Positions 54,714 through 64,000 of a DNA stretch of 64,000 nt are shown piece after piece. The DNA comes from an uncultured virus (IMG/VR IMGVR_UViG_3300044858_005455) (taxonomy: Duplodnaviria; Heunggongvirae; Uroviricota; Caudoviricetes): the IMG/VR virus record IMGVR_UViG_3300044858_005455; one strand, given 5' to 3'. Both the position numbers and the translations under genes were made by a program. How positions within the stretch are numbered: position 1 is the stretch's first letter; each line of letters starts with the position of its first letter. Below the pieces are notes generated by a model. It ran no database searches, was not told where the DNA came from, and was given only the letters and a program-made list of their open reading frames with translations.

Positions 54714-57038
54714 ATGGCTCGCGCCCCCTTTATAGAATTTCAAGATACTAATGTAGGTTTAGCCTTGCCGCGGCCGAACGTATTGAATCGGATCGCCATC
54801 ATAGATCGATTTAATCGGGGGCCGGCTAACCTCCTGACCTACATTGGTAACTTCTCGGACTTTGCGTATCGCTATGGCTCCGACACTAGTCCAGGTTCAT
54901 TACAGTACCAGGCTGTATATGATCAATTCACTAATCCAGATGATGCTAACATTGCCCTAGTACGAGTTACTGGTCGGGGCCGCCCTGCCTCTGCATCCCT
55001 CACATTCTCTGGTGTAGCGGGAGTTAATAACACTCTCAATATCCATACCAATTTCGTGGGAGAGGTCATTGCTCGCGAGGATGCAGCCGCTGATATAGTG
55101 TGGCCTATGCTCACTAATACTGCCGTAGCGCCTGTAGTCAATAGTAAAGAAACGGTAACCGCAGAGGGCCCGTATACTGGTTCTACCAGTGGCCGATATT
55201 TCCTTCGTGTTGATGATGTTAATACTGGTGTAGCTACTATTAAATGGCAATTTGTACCACTAGGTCAGAATCCACTTAACTGGGCGGCTGTCACTACGGA
55301 TATTGATGTTAATATCACTGCTGGTGTAGGTAGTTCTAGTAACATTCTCATCCCACTAACTAGTAATAACATCAGAGTTCGTTTCGGCACTGTAGCCGGT
55401 GCAGCCCTCAATATAGTAGAGGGTAATAGCTGGAGTATTAGAGTTAACAAGTATGTAGTCTCTGTGCCCATCTCTAGCGGCGACCTACCTAACCAGATTG
55501 TCACTAGCCTGATCAGTGCCTCTGCAGGTGTGGAGCCCTTTGGTGAGATTACTCGTAATGTTCAGGACAACGGAGTAGTCATTCAATTAGAGCCCGCTCT
55601 CACTGGTTCTATCAGCAATCGCTTCTCGTTCTACGTAACGACAGACGATAACACTGCTAATAGAGGCTTTACCACTAGTCCTGCATTAGTCACTACTATT
55701 CCGAATCCCGCTACTCACTTCACTTCATTCCAGGGCGGATTGGATGGTCCTCGTAGTGCATTCCGTGATTTCTATACCTTCAATGGTACCCCTCTCCTGC
55801 GCCTCCAAGCAGTCAGTGAGGGTAACTGGGGTAATCAAGTTACGGTTAGTATCTATCCTGTGAGTAATAGCGAGTTTCGCCTTACTGTACAAGACTTAAA
55901 TGGTAGTGCCTTCAACCCGCCTCTCGCTGATGAAGTTTACACTGTTAAACTAGAGGATACAAACGAATCAGGTGAATTAAACGCACTCCTCGATTCGAAG
56001 TTTATCCGAGGCTTCTTCTTACCTAAGTCCATCGACCCGATTAATTACGACGCCACTTTAGTACGTCAGTCACCGCTGAGACTAGCCCCGCTTGACGAGA
56101 GTGAGACTGATGTTGAGAACCCTACCCACGTGGACTTTTATGGTCCTAATGTGTTGATGGATGTAACACTAGAGAATGGATACGATGGGCCTCCTGTAAC
56201 TAATGATGACTATGTTAGCATCATCCGTACTCTAGAGAATCAACCTGTGCATATTCTCCTAGTGGGCACTACTAACGTAGGTGTTCAGCAGGCTCTTATT
56301 ACTGAAGCCGAACGTGCTAGTGATAGTGATGGCCTTCGTATCGCAGTATTAGCTGCTCCTCCGCGCACTACCCCTTCTCTGGCCGCTAGTGTTACACGTG
56401 GATTCAACTCCACCCGTGCGGTTATGGTAGCAGGCTGGTTTACGTACGCTGGCCAACCTAATAGTAGTCGCTATGGCGTGCCTGGTGCTGCTGTTTACGC
56501 AGGTAAATTAGCCGCTATTGACTTCTTTGTCAGTCCTGCAGCGCGGTCTATTGTCGGGCCCCTCTTTAACATCATAGAGTCTGATACAGATAACTATGCC
56601 AGCCGCAGCAATCAGGACATCTATTCAGCTGCGCGGTTAGAGGTACTGAGTCTAGATACAGTTGACCGTACATATCGCTTTGCTAGTGGTGTTACACTAT
56701 CTACTGATCCTGCGTGGGAGCGTATATATTTACGCCGGGCTCACGACGTTGTTAGGCAGGGGGCGCACGCTATCCTACGGAATTATGTCGCTATGCCTAA
56801 TAGTCGTTTAGTCCGTAATCAGATAGCCGCTGCTCTTAATGCTTTTATGGGCGAGCTTAAGCGGAATGGCAGCATTGTTAGCTTCCGACCCGCCATCATT
56901 GATAGCAGCAATAATAGCACAGCGTCTTACTTTAGCCGCGAACTATACGTTAGTTTACAATTCCAGCCCCTTTATAGCGCGGATTATATCTACGTGACGA
57001 TTAGCCGCGACACAGAAACCAGTCCCTTAGGCGAGTAA
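54714..57038 (+). CDS. g91: Contractile tail sheath protein
   Basis: FNRGPAN, A.SEGNWGN.VTV, SPA, W..IYLRR, RN.I...LN.FM..L...G.I, FQP..SADYIYV; 774 aa as I recall for the Ma-LMM01 sheath. Confidence 0.9.
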   Translation: MARAPFIEFQDTNVGLALPRPNVLNRIAIIDRFNRGPANLLTYIGNFSDFAYRYGSDTSPGSLQYQAVYDQFTNPDDANIALVRVTGRGRPASASLTFSGVAGVNNTLNIHTNFVGEVIAREDAAADIVWPMLTNTAVAPVVNSKETVTAEGPYTGSTSGRYFLRVDDVNTGVATIKWQFVPLGQNPLNWAAVTTDIDVNITAGVGSSSNILIPLTSNNIRVRFGTVAGAALNIVEGNSWSIRVNKYVVSVPISSGDLPNQIVTSLISASAGVEPFGEITRNVQDNGVVIQLEPALTGSISNRFSFYVTTDDNTANRGFTTSPALVTTIPNPATHFTSFQGGLDGPRSAFRDFYTFNGTPLLRLQAVSEGNWGNQVTVSIYPVSNSEFRLTVQDLNGSAFNPPLADEVYTVKLEDTNESGELNALLDSKFIRGFFLPKSIDPINYDATLVRQSPLRLAPLDESETDVENPTHVDFYGPNVLMDVTLENGYDGPPVTNDDYVSIIRTLENQPVHILLVGTTNVGVQQALITEAERASDSDGLRIAVLAAPPRTTPSLAASVTRGFNSTRAVMVAGWFTYAGQPNSSRYGVPGAAVYAGKLAAIDFFVSPAARSIVGPLFNIIESDTDNYASRSNQDIYSAARLEVLSLDTVDRTYRFASGVTLSTDPAWERIYLRRAHDVVRQGAHAILRNYVAMPNSRLVRNQIAAALNAFMGELKRNGSIVSFRPAIIDSSNNSTASYFSRELYVSLQFQPLYSADYIYVTISRDTETSPLGE

Positions 57039-57042
57039 TATA

Positions 57043-57768
57043 ATGTCATCTAAAGATGCTCTTTTCCTCACTCCTGCTGTCAATAACTTTGGTCTCGATC
57101 CCTTTAGTGGGTTTGATTTCGAGGTCTGGGTTAATGACACTAGTAGCGGACAGGTTGCCTGGTTCGGTAAGTTCCAGTCCCTGACGCTCAGTATTAGAAA
57201 TTCGACTGAGACCTATTTAGAATTAGGCCAACGCGTACCTGTCTATCTAGACGGGGAATTTAACATCGCGTGGGTACTAGAACAAGGTCTAGTTGATGGT
57301 GAATTTATGGGCCGCACGTTCGGCACTAATGAAATTGGTCGTGATCAAGTACTAGGTCGGAGCCCCCGGTTCCAGATTACCTTCGATGCTAATGCGTCTG
57401 AGTTAGTAACTAATGGTGGTCTTACCAATAACCTAACTCGTAGTGGAGCAGATAGCCGTAGATTAGGATCCCTCGACTTCTGGAATATCGCTTCTAATGG
57501 CGATAATCAGAGCGGCATAGAGTTCCCCACTAATAATGCTGCTAGTCGTAATCGTAGGGCGAAGTTCAGATATGAAATAACTAGATGCAAGGTAGATAAT
57601 TACAGCGTCGGCTTCATGCCTGGTCGTCGCGTACCTGCACAACGTTGGGAGGGTGTAGCTGAAGGTATTCGGTATATTCCTGAATCTGTTCAGCAGTTCA
57701 AGGCTCAAACTCGTCCTATATCTGTGGGAAGCTCTTCTTCATCGTTTGGGAATAGTATTACACAATAA
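57043..57768 (+). CDS. Tail tube protein
   Basis: Follows the sheath; DPFSGFDFEV..G.FQSLT, Y.ELG, LEQG, W.G.AEG. Confidence 0.8.
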   Translation: MSSKDALFLTPAVNNFGLDPFSGFDFEVWVNDTSSGQVAWFGKFQSLTLSIRNSTETYLELGQRVPVYLDGEFNIAWVLEQGLVDGEFMGRTFGTNEIGRDQVLGRSPRFQITFDANASELVTNGGLTNNLTRSGADSRRLGSLDFWNIASNGDNQSGIEFPTNNAASRNRRAKFRYEITRCKVDNYSVGFMPGRRVPAQRWEGVAEGIRYIPESVQQFKAQTRPISVGSSSSSFGNSITQ

Positions 57769-57790
57769 TCCCACATTCTCTCCGCTTATG

Positions 57791-57820
57791 GGGCTCAGGA
57801 TTTCCTGAGTTCCTTTTTTA
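57791..57820 (+). terminator. Intrinsic terminator
   Basis: GGGCTCAGGA-TT-TCCTGAGTTC followed by a T run. Confidence 0.75.
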
Positions 57821-57826
57821 TTAATT

Positions 57827-59698
57827 ATGCCTTCTAAGACACCTGCTGCAGTAATAACGCTGGCCACAGCTGTTAGTGATATACAACCTATATTATTTGG
57901 CACTCAGATATGCGCTACTGATATAAACAAGAGTCGCTGGACTGTACGCGCCGTAGATGTTATAATCAACGCCGATAACTGGAATATAAATAGAGCTCGC
58001 GTAACGCTAACCGTACCAGATGCACCAGGATTACTACCAGCGTTACCTGATGTTAGTAAGTACAGAGACGGACGCTACCCTTACCTCAGCGAGGAGGATG
58101 AGATACGAATTTACATGGGGATGGTAGGGTCAGATAAGCAGGTACTGGATATCAGTAATCTATCTGATATACCATTTCCTATACCAGATACAGATATGAA
58201 ACCGAAGGAGGGCGCTACTCTATTCCCTGTATTCTGGGGCTTCATCGAGAAGGTAGAGGTAACGGCCGATGCTAATACAGGTGTGCAGGTAGTGCTATCG
58301 TGTCAAGATCGTATGAGGCTACTACACAACACACGTGTTCTATCTAACCCAGATACCTTATTCAGTGCTCCCACACCGGAACAGAAGGGCGATAGAGCAC
58401 TCATACTGCGTAAGATACTGAACTTTGCAGTAGGTTACTCCCCTATTGAAACAGAGAGCGGCCCGCCGGTAGCCAGCTGCTGGAAGGAGTTCAAGGAGGG
58501 TATGACTGTACGCGGCTACGACATAGGAGCAGATGGTAAGATAGAATACTTATTCGCTAATAAATTAATAGCCGGAGATGCGAGTAATCCTGAGGTTAAG
58601 ATCATACAAGACATGAATAAGCTTGTGCCAGGCCAAGAGCTAGTAGATGCGCCGCGTTGGACACGGGCTGCTATGTTCACGCCTATGAGCCCAGGAGGTA
58701 ATCCCCGCACTCATATATGGTTACAGCGCCCGCCTATCGAGCAAGGGCAGAACCGCGGGGTATTCAACTTCATTAATGAGAGCCCCGCTGATATAATACA
58801 AGCAGCGTTTCTACTCAAGGAGGAGCGCGTAGTAGATGCCTCATTCAGCCATATCAATGGTGATTTTATAATAGCGCCTAATAGCGGTGATACTAGTGGC
58901 TTCCAAGATCCCAATAGGCTGTATAGGACCTATTTCTTCCGCAGCTTACCAGCGGGTCTTAACCTATGTCCTGATGAGAGACAGCGCATACTCTCCATGC
59001 GGGTAGTAAGTAGTAGTATAGCCACAACTAACCGCTTTATAGTGACTGATGATGGAGGTAATGGCGCATCTGATTCATTCAATGATGCCATTGAGGTTAC
59101 ATTACAGGCCACGCCCTATAAGTACGCTGATAGAAAACCTCCTATTGCATGTAGAGCCACTGTCATTGAGGATAAGAACCTAAGCGCCTATACTGACGCA
59201 GGCATCAGTAAAGAGACAGGGGCTTTATTAGTTGGTTTAGGTATGGCCCGCCGTACCAGTAGAGATATTAGCACGATACAAATCACGATAGTAGGGGACC
59301 CCACCTGGTATCCGAATGAGATGTTTCAGGTGTATAATACATTGATACACGATAGGCAGATTATATCAGCATACGATTCTATAGCAGAGGAGAGTACCAT
59401 GCACGCTACTAAGAAGAAGTTGAGTGAACTATCAGCGAGCGTGCGAGAACACACAGCAAGTAGTCCCGCGGCGCGGGCCATACCCTTTCCTGATGGCAGT
59501 GAGATACTAACACGGTACGTGGGTGCCCACGTCAATACCACTGATGATATCTATGCTGATCCTAATAGTGGCCGCATAGCCAGCAATGTAGATACTGATC
59601 TAGCTAATGCGGTACTACCGAAGTACAAGGTACGCTCGATTCGTCATAAGCTAACACACAGAGATTACACTACTACTATTCAAGGAAGCGCTGATTAA
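57827..59698 (+). CDS. Baseplate hub-like protein
   Basis: VFWGFIEKV, LSCQDRMRLL, ITIVGDP, YKVRSIRHKL...YTTTI. Confidence 0.65.
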   Translation: MPSKTPAAVITLATAVSDIQPILFGTQICATDINKSRWTVRAVDVIINADNWNINRARVTLTVPDAPGLLPALPDVSKYRDGRYPYLSEEDEIRIYMGMVGSDKQVLDISNLSDIPFPIPDTDMKPKEGATLFPVFWGFIEKVEVTADANTGVQVVLSCQDRMRLLHNTRVLSNPDTLFSAPTPEQKGDRALILRKILNFAVGYSPIETESGPPVASCWKEFKEGMTVRGYDIGADGKIEYLFANKLIAGDASNPEVKIIQDMNKLVPGQELVDAPRWTRAAMFTPMSPGGNPRTHIWLQRPPIEQGQNRGVFNFINESPADIIQAAFLLKEERVVDASFSHINGDFIIAPNSGDTSGFQDPNRLYRTYFFRSLPAGLNLCPDERQRILSMRVVSSSIATTNRFIVTDDGGNGASDSFNDAIEVTLQATPYKYADRKPPIACRATVIEDKNLSAYTDAGISKETGALLVGLGMARRTSRDISTIQITIVGDPTWYPNEMFQVYNTLIHDRQIISAYDSIAEESTMHATKKKLSELSASVREHTASSPAARAIPFPDGSEILTRYVGAHVNTTDDIYADPNSGRIASNVDTDLANAVLPKYKVRSIRHKLTHRDYTTTIQGSAD

Positions 59699-61263
59699 TG
59701 TTTGCTAATAACAATGGTGGCCTATACTCTGAACCCCATTCCTATAAGTACAGTAAGAGCCAGTGGGGCATACAGCGCGGTATAGTCCATAATATCAGTA
59801 GGGAGGGCCGCCTAGGTAATTTCTGCTCGGTGCGCCTAATGAAGGGTATGATCCTGGATAACGTTAGGATGAGCGGCCCCTTTGGTCATAATGGGCTAGG
59901 CGTATACAACCCACTCGAGATAGGGCAGCCAGTCATAGTGGGCTTCAATGATGGGAAGATGGAGGATGCCTTCATCCTAGGCGGATATACCTCAGAGGGT
60001 AACTACGATAAACTATACGTAGATGGTGATTTACAGGAGCCTAATCAGCGCGGCCCCGAGGGTCAGACATTCAATCAACCGCTAGGGCATCCTAATCGCA
60101 TAGCACAGCCTAATGCCTTCTTCCACGTAACAGGTATCAATTCACTGGATACGGCATATGATAGTCCTGATTATGGCTCACTAGCAGAGGCCTATGATAG
60201 ACAGCCCCGCCCCGGCGTTATAGAGATACGCAATGACGCAGGCACCCGTTCTCTCTATACAAGCGGAGAGAATATACTATTCAGTGATAGTAACATCTAC
60301 TTGGTAGCTAACGGCGACCGCCGCAGCAGTGTCAATCATCTTCTGCAGCTATCAGCACGACACTGCGCCCGGGCGGATGGGCTAGAGAGAATGCAGGGTA
60401 TTAGGCCTACATCGGCTACCACGGAGTCACTGCCTAGCGGCATAACACCTATGGTAACGGGGCAGGAGGAGAGGCCTGTATCTAGGACTACTGCTATAGC
60501 GGTTTCCTATCGTATACAAGAGGAGAGGCGGTTATGTCAGGCCTACCTAGAGGCCAGCCGCCAGAATCTACAACGACAGGCTGAGGGCATAGCGCGCGTT
60601 GAGGATAGAGCACAAGACATACCTACACAGAGGGGGCCTGAGGTATCTGATACATATAATGAAAGCCGTAGGAATGATAAGGACTGGCAGAGTGCTATTA
60701 ATAAGGAGCCTACTCGCTGGTTCATAACAGCCGGCCACCGCGATGGTAAATCAGGTACTAATGGAGCTGCTGGCACACCTCTACCCCAGGCCCCAGGTCA
60801 GTCGGCGGAGAGTTGGATGAATGAACAGGTCCTTAAGATAATGGAGAGACTAGCTCCCTCTTATGGTCTCCAACTATCTATATTCTTACCACCAATAGGT
60901 ACCTCCTGGCAATCAGTGTTAGATAGAGCCGTGCAGGAGAAGGCTAATGGCGCGGGTGTTCTAGAGATACACTTCGACGCAGGTGCGGCAGGAGACTATA
61001 GGGGTGCCACTGGCGTCATACCTAGCCGTAAGGAAATACTACCATACGAGGATAGACTAGCTCAAACATTCGGCGCCTTCACCAGAAATCACCGCAACGG
61101 CTTATACGGGCCCAATAGGGGGGTACCACTAGTTGAGGTAGGAGTATTAAATGCGCAAGTAGAGGCTTTAATGAGAGGAAATGATACAGCAGCACAAAAT
61201 GCCTATTTCGAAGGGAAGGCTCGTGCTGTTTTACAATCCCTGAAGGGAGGAACACCAAGATAA
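59698..61263 (+). CDS. Baseplate spike (gp5/gpV-like OB fold) fused to an Amidase_3 domain
   Basis: PLEIGQPVIVGF.DG....AFILG; ITAGH...E...LEIHFD...LVEVG Zn-amidase motifs. Confidence 0.8.
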   Translation: MFANNNGGLYSEPHSYKYSKSQWGIQRGIVHNISREGRLGNFCSVRLMKGMILDNVRMSGPFGHNGLGVYNPLEIGQPVIVGFNDGKMEDAFILGGYTSEGNYDKLYVDGDLQEPNQRGPEGQTFNQPLGHPNRIAQPNAFFHVTGINSLDTAYDSPDYGSLAEAYDRQPRPGVIEIRNDAGTRSLYTSGENILFSDSNIYLVANGDRRSSVNHLLQLSARHCARADGLERMQGIRPTSATTESLPSGITPMVTGQEERPVSRTTAIAVSYRIQEERRLCQAYLEASRQNLQRQAEGIARVEDRAQDIPTQRGPEVSDTYNESRRNDKDWQSAINKEPTRWFITAGHRDGKSGTNGAAGTPLPQAPGQSAESWMNEQVLKIMERLAPSYGLQLSIFLPPIGTSWQSVLDRAVQEKANGAGVLEIHFDAGAAGDYRGATGVIPSRKEILPYEDRLAQTFGAFTRNHRNGLYGPNRGVPLVEVGVLNAQVEALMRGNDTAAQNAYFEGKARAVLQSLKGGTPR

Positions 61264-62456
61264 TGTGGAATAGAGAGAATCTACAACCTCTACTAAATAG
61301 GCCTGAGTTTAGGGCCCTCCTGGATGTAATCAGTGATGGACAATTTGAGGGGGCCGACTACAATACACTATACGGTGGATCTAAATTCAGTAGTTACGAG
61401 GACCACCCCCGCAAGAGATTCCCAATAGGAGGTGGGACGAACTACACCACGGCTGCAGGTAGATACCAAATTTTAGATGTGACATGGGATGGTATTAATA
61501 GAGAGACTGGGGGAATGCTATCTGACTTCAGCCCTCTGAACCAGGATCTAGCCATATTATATTTAATACTCGATGAGACTGGGACTACGGTAGAGGAGGT
61601 CATGAGTGGTAACATACTAAGTTACTATAACAAGCTACGGAAACAATGGACTAGTCTACCGGGGGCCTCAGAGGCACGAGGTGGAGAAAATACGTTAGAT
61701 ACTTTATATAAACAGTATCTAGCCTATAGGCGAGGACAGGGCCCGGCGCCATCTACTTTGAGTGGTGGTGGGGGTAATGCCCCCACTATACCAGGCGATA
61801 GTGCTTATTCTACTGAACAGTTGGCGCAGGCACTAGCACAGGGTATAGATGGATTTGTTAATGCTATATTCAATCGTATAGGAGAGTTCAAGTGGCCCTA
61901 TAACCAACGTGATGCTATTACCCATACAGGTTCTGTACCTCAGGTTAATAGAGCTATGACTAATAATACTCTATCCTATGGAGCAGGAGCCCCCGGCTTT
62001 CAGTTCAATGAGGTAAGCGCATTGGCAGGTCAGGTAATACCTGGTAGGCCAGGCTCTGGGGGTGGCATAATACCCTCTAAGGGATCTCTGACTAGTGGGT
62101 TTGGCTGGCGTTGGGGTAGGATGCACAACGGTATAGATATAGCGGCTCCAATAGGCACACCTATATTAGCCACTATGGCAGGCAAGGTGATATCAGTCGG
62201 ATTCGAGAATAATGGATTTGGTAATATAATTAAACTAGAACACGTAGGGGGTAATCAGAGTTGGTACGCACATATGAGCAAGTTTGCTGTTAAATTGGCA
62301 GACATAGTACAGCAGGGACAAGTAATAGGTGAGGTAGGCAGTACTGGTCGTAGCACTGGCCCTCATCTTCACTTTGAGTGGAGAGTAAGATCTGGTATAG
62401 GTGGGGGTCTGAATGCGGTAGATCCGCGCCTTAGTGTATTAAAGGGATTAATATAG
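61263..62456 (+). CDS. Lambda-type lysozyme plus M23 peptidase fusion
   Basis: RALLDVI...EG..YN.LYGG..F.SY.DHP, TAAGRYQIL..TW, DFSP.NQD, W.SLPG; HNGIDIA, YAHM, STGPHLHFE. Confidence 0.9.
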   Translation: MWNRENLQPLLNRPEFRALLDVISDGQFEGADYNTLYGGSKFSSYEDHPRKRFPIGGGTNYTTAAGRYQILDVTWDGINRETGGMLSDFSPLNQDLAILYLILDETGTTVEEVMSGNILSYYNKLRKQWTSLPGASEARGGENTLDTLYKQYLAYRRGQGPAPSTLSGGGGNAPTIPGDSAYSTEQLAQALAQGIDGFVNAIFNRIGEFKWPYNQRDAITHTGSVPQVNRAMTNNTLSYGAGAPGFQFNEVSALAGQVIPGRPGSGGGIIPSKGSLTSGFGWRWGRMHNGIDIAAPIGTPILATMAGKVISVGFENNGFGNIIKLEHVGGNQSWYAHMSKFAVKLADIVQQGQVIGEVGSTGRSTGPHLHFEWRVRSGIGGGLNAVDPRLSVLKGLI

Positions 62457-62460
62457 GCTT

Positions 62461-62973
62461 ATGAGAACTATTAGTAAAGATGGGGATGAACTAGAGAGAG
62501 CTATAGCCCGCGCGGGCGGTATTAGCACTCACGTAAATCAATTCAGGCTCCTAACACAATATACGTACGATGCAGATACTCGTGATGCGCGCGCGGGCTA
62601 CGCACTAACAGTAATACTACCCAGGCCTTATTGGTTAGATGCTGTATGGCTACTGAGTGGTATAGAGTTAGTTAGTAGCCCCCGTCGTATGATGCCGGGC
62701 CAGGTACTAGCGTTGAATGCAGCTACTATAGGTGTAAGACTGCCGCAGACCATACAGATGCGAGCTGATAGTAGAGAGAGGCCCAACGTAAACGCCGAGG
62801 GTCTCGAGGTGTTAATAAGAAAGCGAATGCCTTATACACCACTAATTAACAACTTTATGATGCTAGCTAACTCGGCTAATAAACCGCTAGTGGCAGCTCA
62901 ACTAGCGCGCTGGTTCGGCTACTCGGAGGAGTCAGTGCAAAGCATAGTAGGAGCAGTATATCGTGCTAATTAA
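62461..62973 (+). CDS. Hypothetical protein
   Basis: 170-aa ORF in the tail operon. Confidence 0.65.
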   Translation: MRTISKDGDELERAIARAGGISTHVNQFRLLTQYTYDADTRDARAGYALTVILPRPYWLDAVWLLSGIELVSSPRRMMPGQVLALNAATIGVRLPQTIQMRADSRERPNVNAEGLEVLIRKRMPYTPLINNFMMLANSANKPLVAAQLARWFGYSEESVQSIVGAVYRAN

Positions 62974-64000
62974 CCTAGAGGCCATACCTCAATTACTCGG
63001 GGCTAATACAGATGCTGTAACACGCATAGATGAAGCGGCTATTAATAATTTATCTATTATGATAGCGGGCTCTCACGAAAGACTAGCCAGTATCATGCGT
63101 AACGTACCACTCCCTCGTACCCGCCCTACGTGGAGAGATATAGCGCGCTCTCTAGAGGAACAACTCATACTGTTACTATCACTACCTACATCGAGTAATC
63201 TGGACTACACGGTCATTACGCAGCACGCAGATAGATACAGGCGTATAGCGGAGAGGCCTAATTGGCTACCACCCAATGACTATAGTGAGACACTACTACT
63301 AACTGATAGGCGAGTATGGGGGACCTCTGCTAGTAGTATAGGCTATTACCTACTACTGGGGGGCTATAGAATGCACTATGCCAGCCCCTGTCGTCTAGTC
63401 TATGAGGCCACTCGTACTCTATGGAGCATGCAGCCCAACTGGAAGGAGTATTACGCATCGCTAGGAGCAGAGGAACCACTAGATAGCCACCGCTTCTTCA
63501 AGGCATTTCTATCCCAACCTACTGGCATAACTCGCGTAGCTGGCTTCCTGAACGCCATACAGAATATGGAGGCTCCCTATCTAGAGCGTTACTGGGTAGT
63601 GCCAGGCGGGCCGGATCTACTATGGGATCTATGGCACGGACAGATAGACCCAGCGTTATTTAATCTCTATGAGGACCTAAGCCAGGATCCACCAGATGAG
63701 TTACGAGAGTGGTTGATACCTACAGAGCCCGGCCTACTACGGCAGGTAAGCAGCAGTATCATAACCTCATTACCATATCCAGGAGGCCTCAATACGCACC
63801 TGGTGGCCATGGCGGCACACATGACCAACCTGGCCTACATACATGCTTATAATTCTCCTCGACCCGATGTAGAGATATACGTTCTCGCTGATGATGCAGA
63901 GAGAACACGCCTAGGACGGGTGCGTAATCTACTATATACCGCCTCGCAGTATTTGCGGCGGTCTACGCTAGATCACTGGATAATAATGGGTAATAACCTA
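62963..64000 (+). CDS. Hypothetical protein running off the right edge
   Basis: AGGAG RBS, GTG at 62963 (MLINLEAIPQLLG...). I found no stop in the part translated by hand, and its absence from the track fits a missing stop. Confidence 0.65.
   Translation, partial: MLINLEAIPQLLGANTDAVTRIDEAAINNLSIMIAGSHERLASIMRNVPLPRTRPTWRDIARSLEEQLILLLSLPTSSNLDYTVITQHADRYRRIAERPNWLPPNDYSETLLLTDRRVWGTSASSIGYYLLLGGYRMHYASPCRLVYEATRTLWSMQPNWKEYYASLGAEEPLDSHRFFKAFLSQPTGITRVAGFLNAIQNMEAPYLERYWVVPGGPDLLWDLWHGQIDPALFNLYEDLSQDPPDELREWLIPTEPGLLRQVSSSIITSLPYPGGLNTHLVAMAAHMTNLAYIHAYNSPRPDVEIYVLADDAERTRLGRVRNLLYTASQYLRRSTLDHWIIMGNNL

Noticed and set aside
1..64000. Genome-wide stop-codon reassignment
   Set aside because: Long ORFs are intact under the standard code and all three stops terminate genes

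Overview
The window is a 64-kb segment of a large contractile-tailed (myovirus) phage genome. The head-portal-sheath block (437-aa and 368-aa head proteins, 774-aa sheath, GH19 lysin, lysozyme-M23 fusion) and the cyanobacterial-type accessory genes match my recollection of the Microcystis phage Ma-LMM01/MaMV-DC group. That assignment is by recognition, not by a search. Layout: (1-5.7 kb) AT-rich FGE-sulfatase-domain gene and tail-fibre-like genes; (5.8-11 kb) a largely non-coding control region with two CAU tRNAs, two near-perfect sigma70 promoters, a ~400-nt structured non-coding RNA candidate, nested inverted repeats and an HNH gene; (11-28.4 kb) a leftward early-type region of small cassette-like genes, including a DUF1874/AcrIII-1 ring-nuclease homologue; (28.5-34 kb) a repeat-containing divergence point and lysis genes; (34-64 kb) a 3575-aa giant protein and the virion morphogenesis operon. 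Main discovery candidate: a self-contained phage transcription system. Two very divergent single-chain 'two-barrel' RNA polymerase-like proteins are present (1699 aa with NEGDADGDQ; 3575 aa with NLGDFDGD plus a PLD domain). Eleven copies of a hairpin + T-tract + GTG element also occur, ten of them 20-26 nt upstream of early-gene start codons. Other strong leads are the structured ncRNA, the anti-CRISPR ring nuclease and an unannotated programmed -1 frameshift. All functional calls are motif-based and made by eye.
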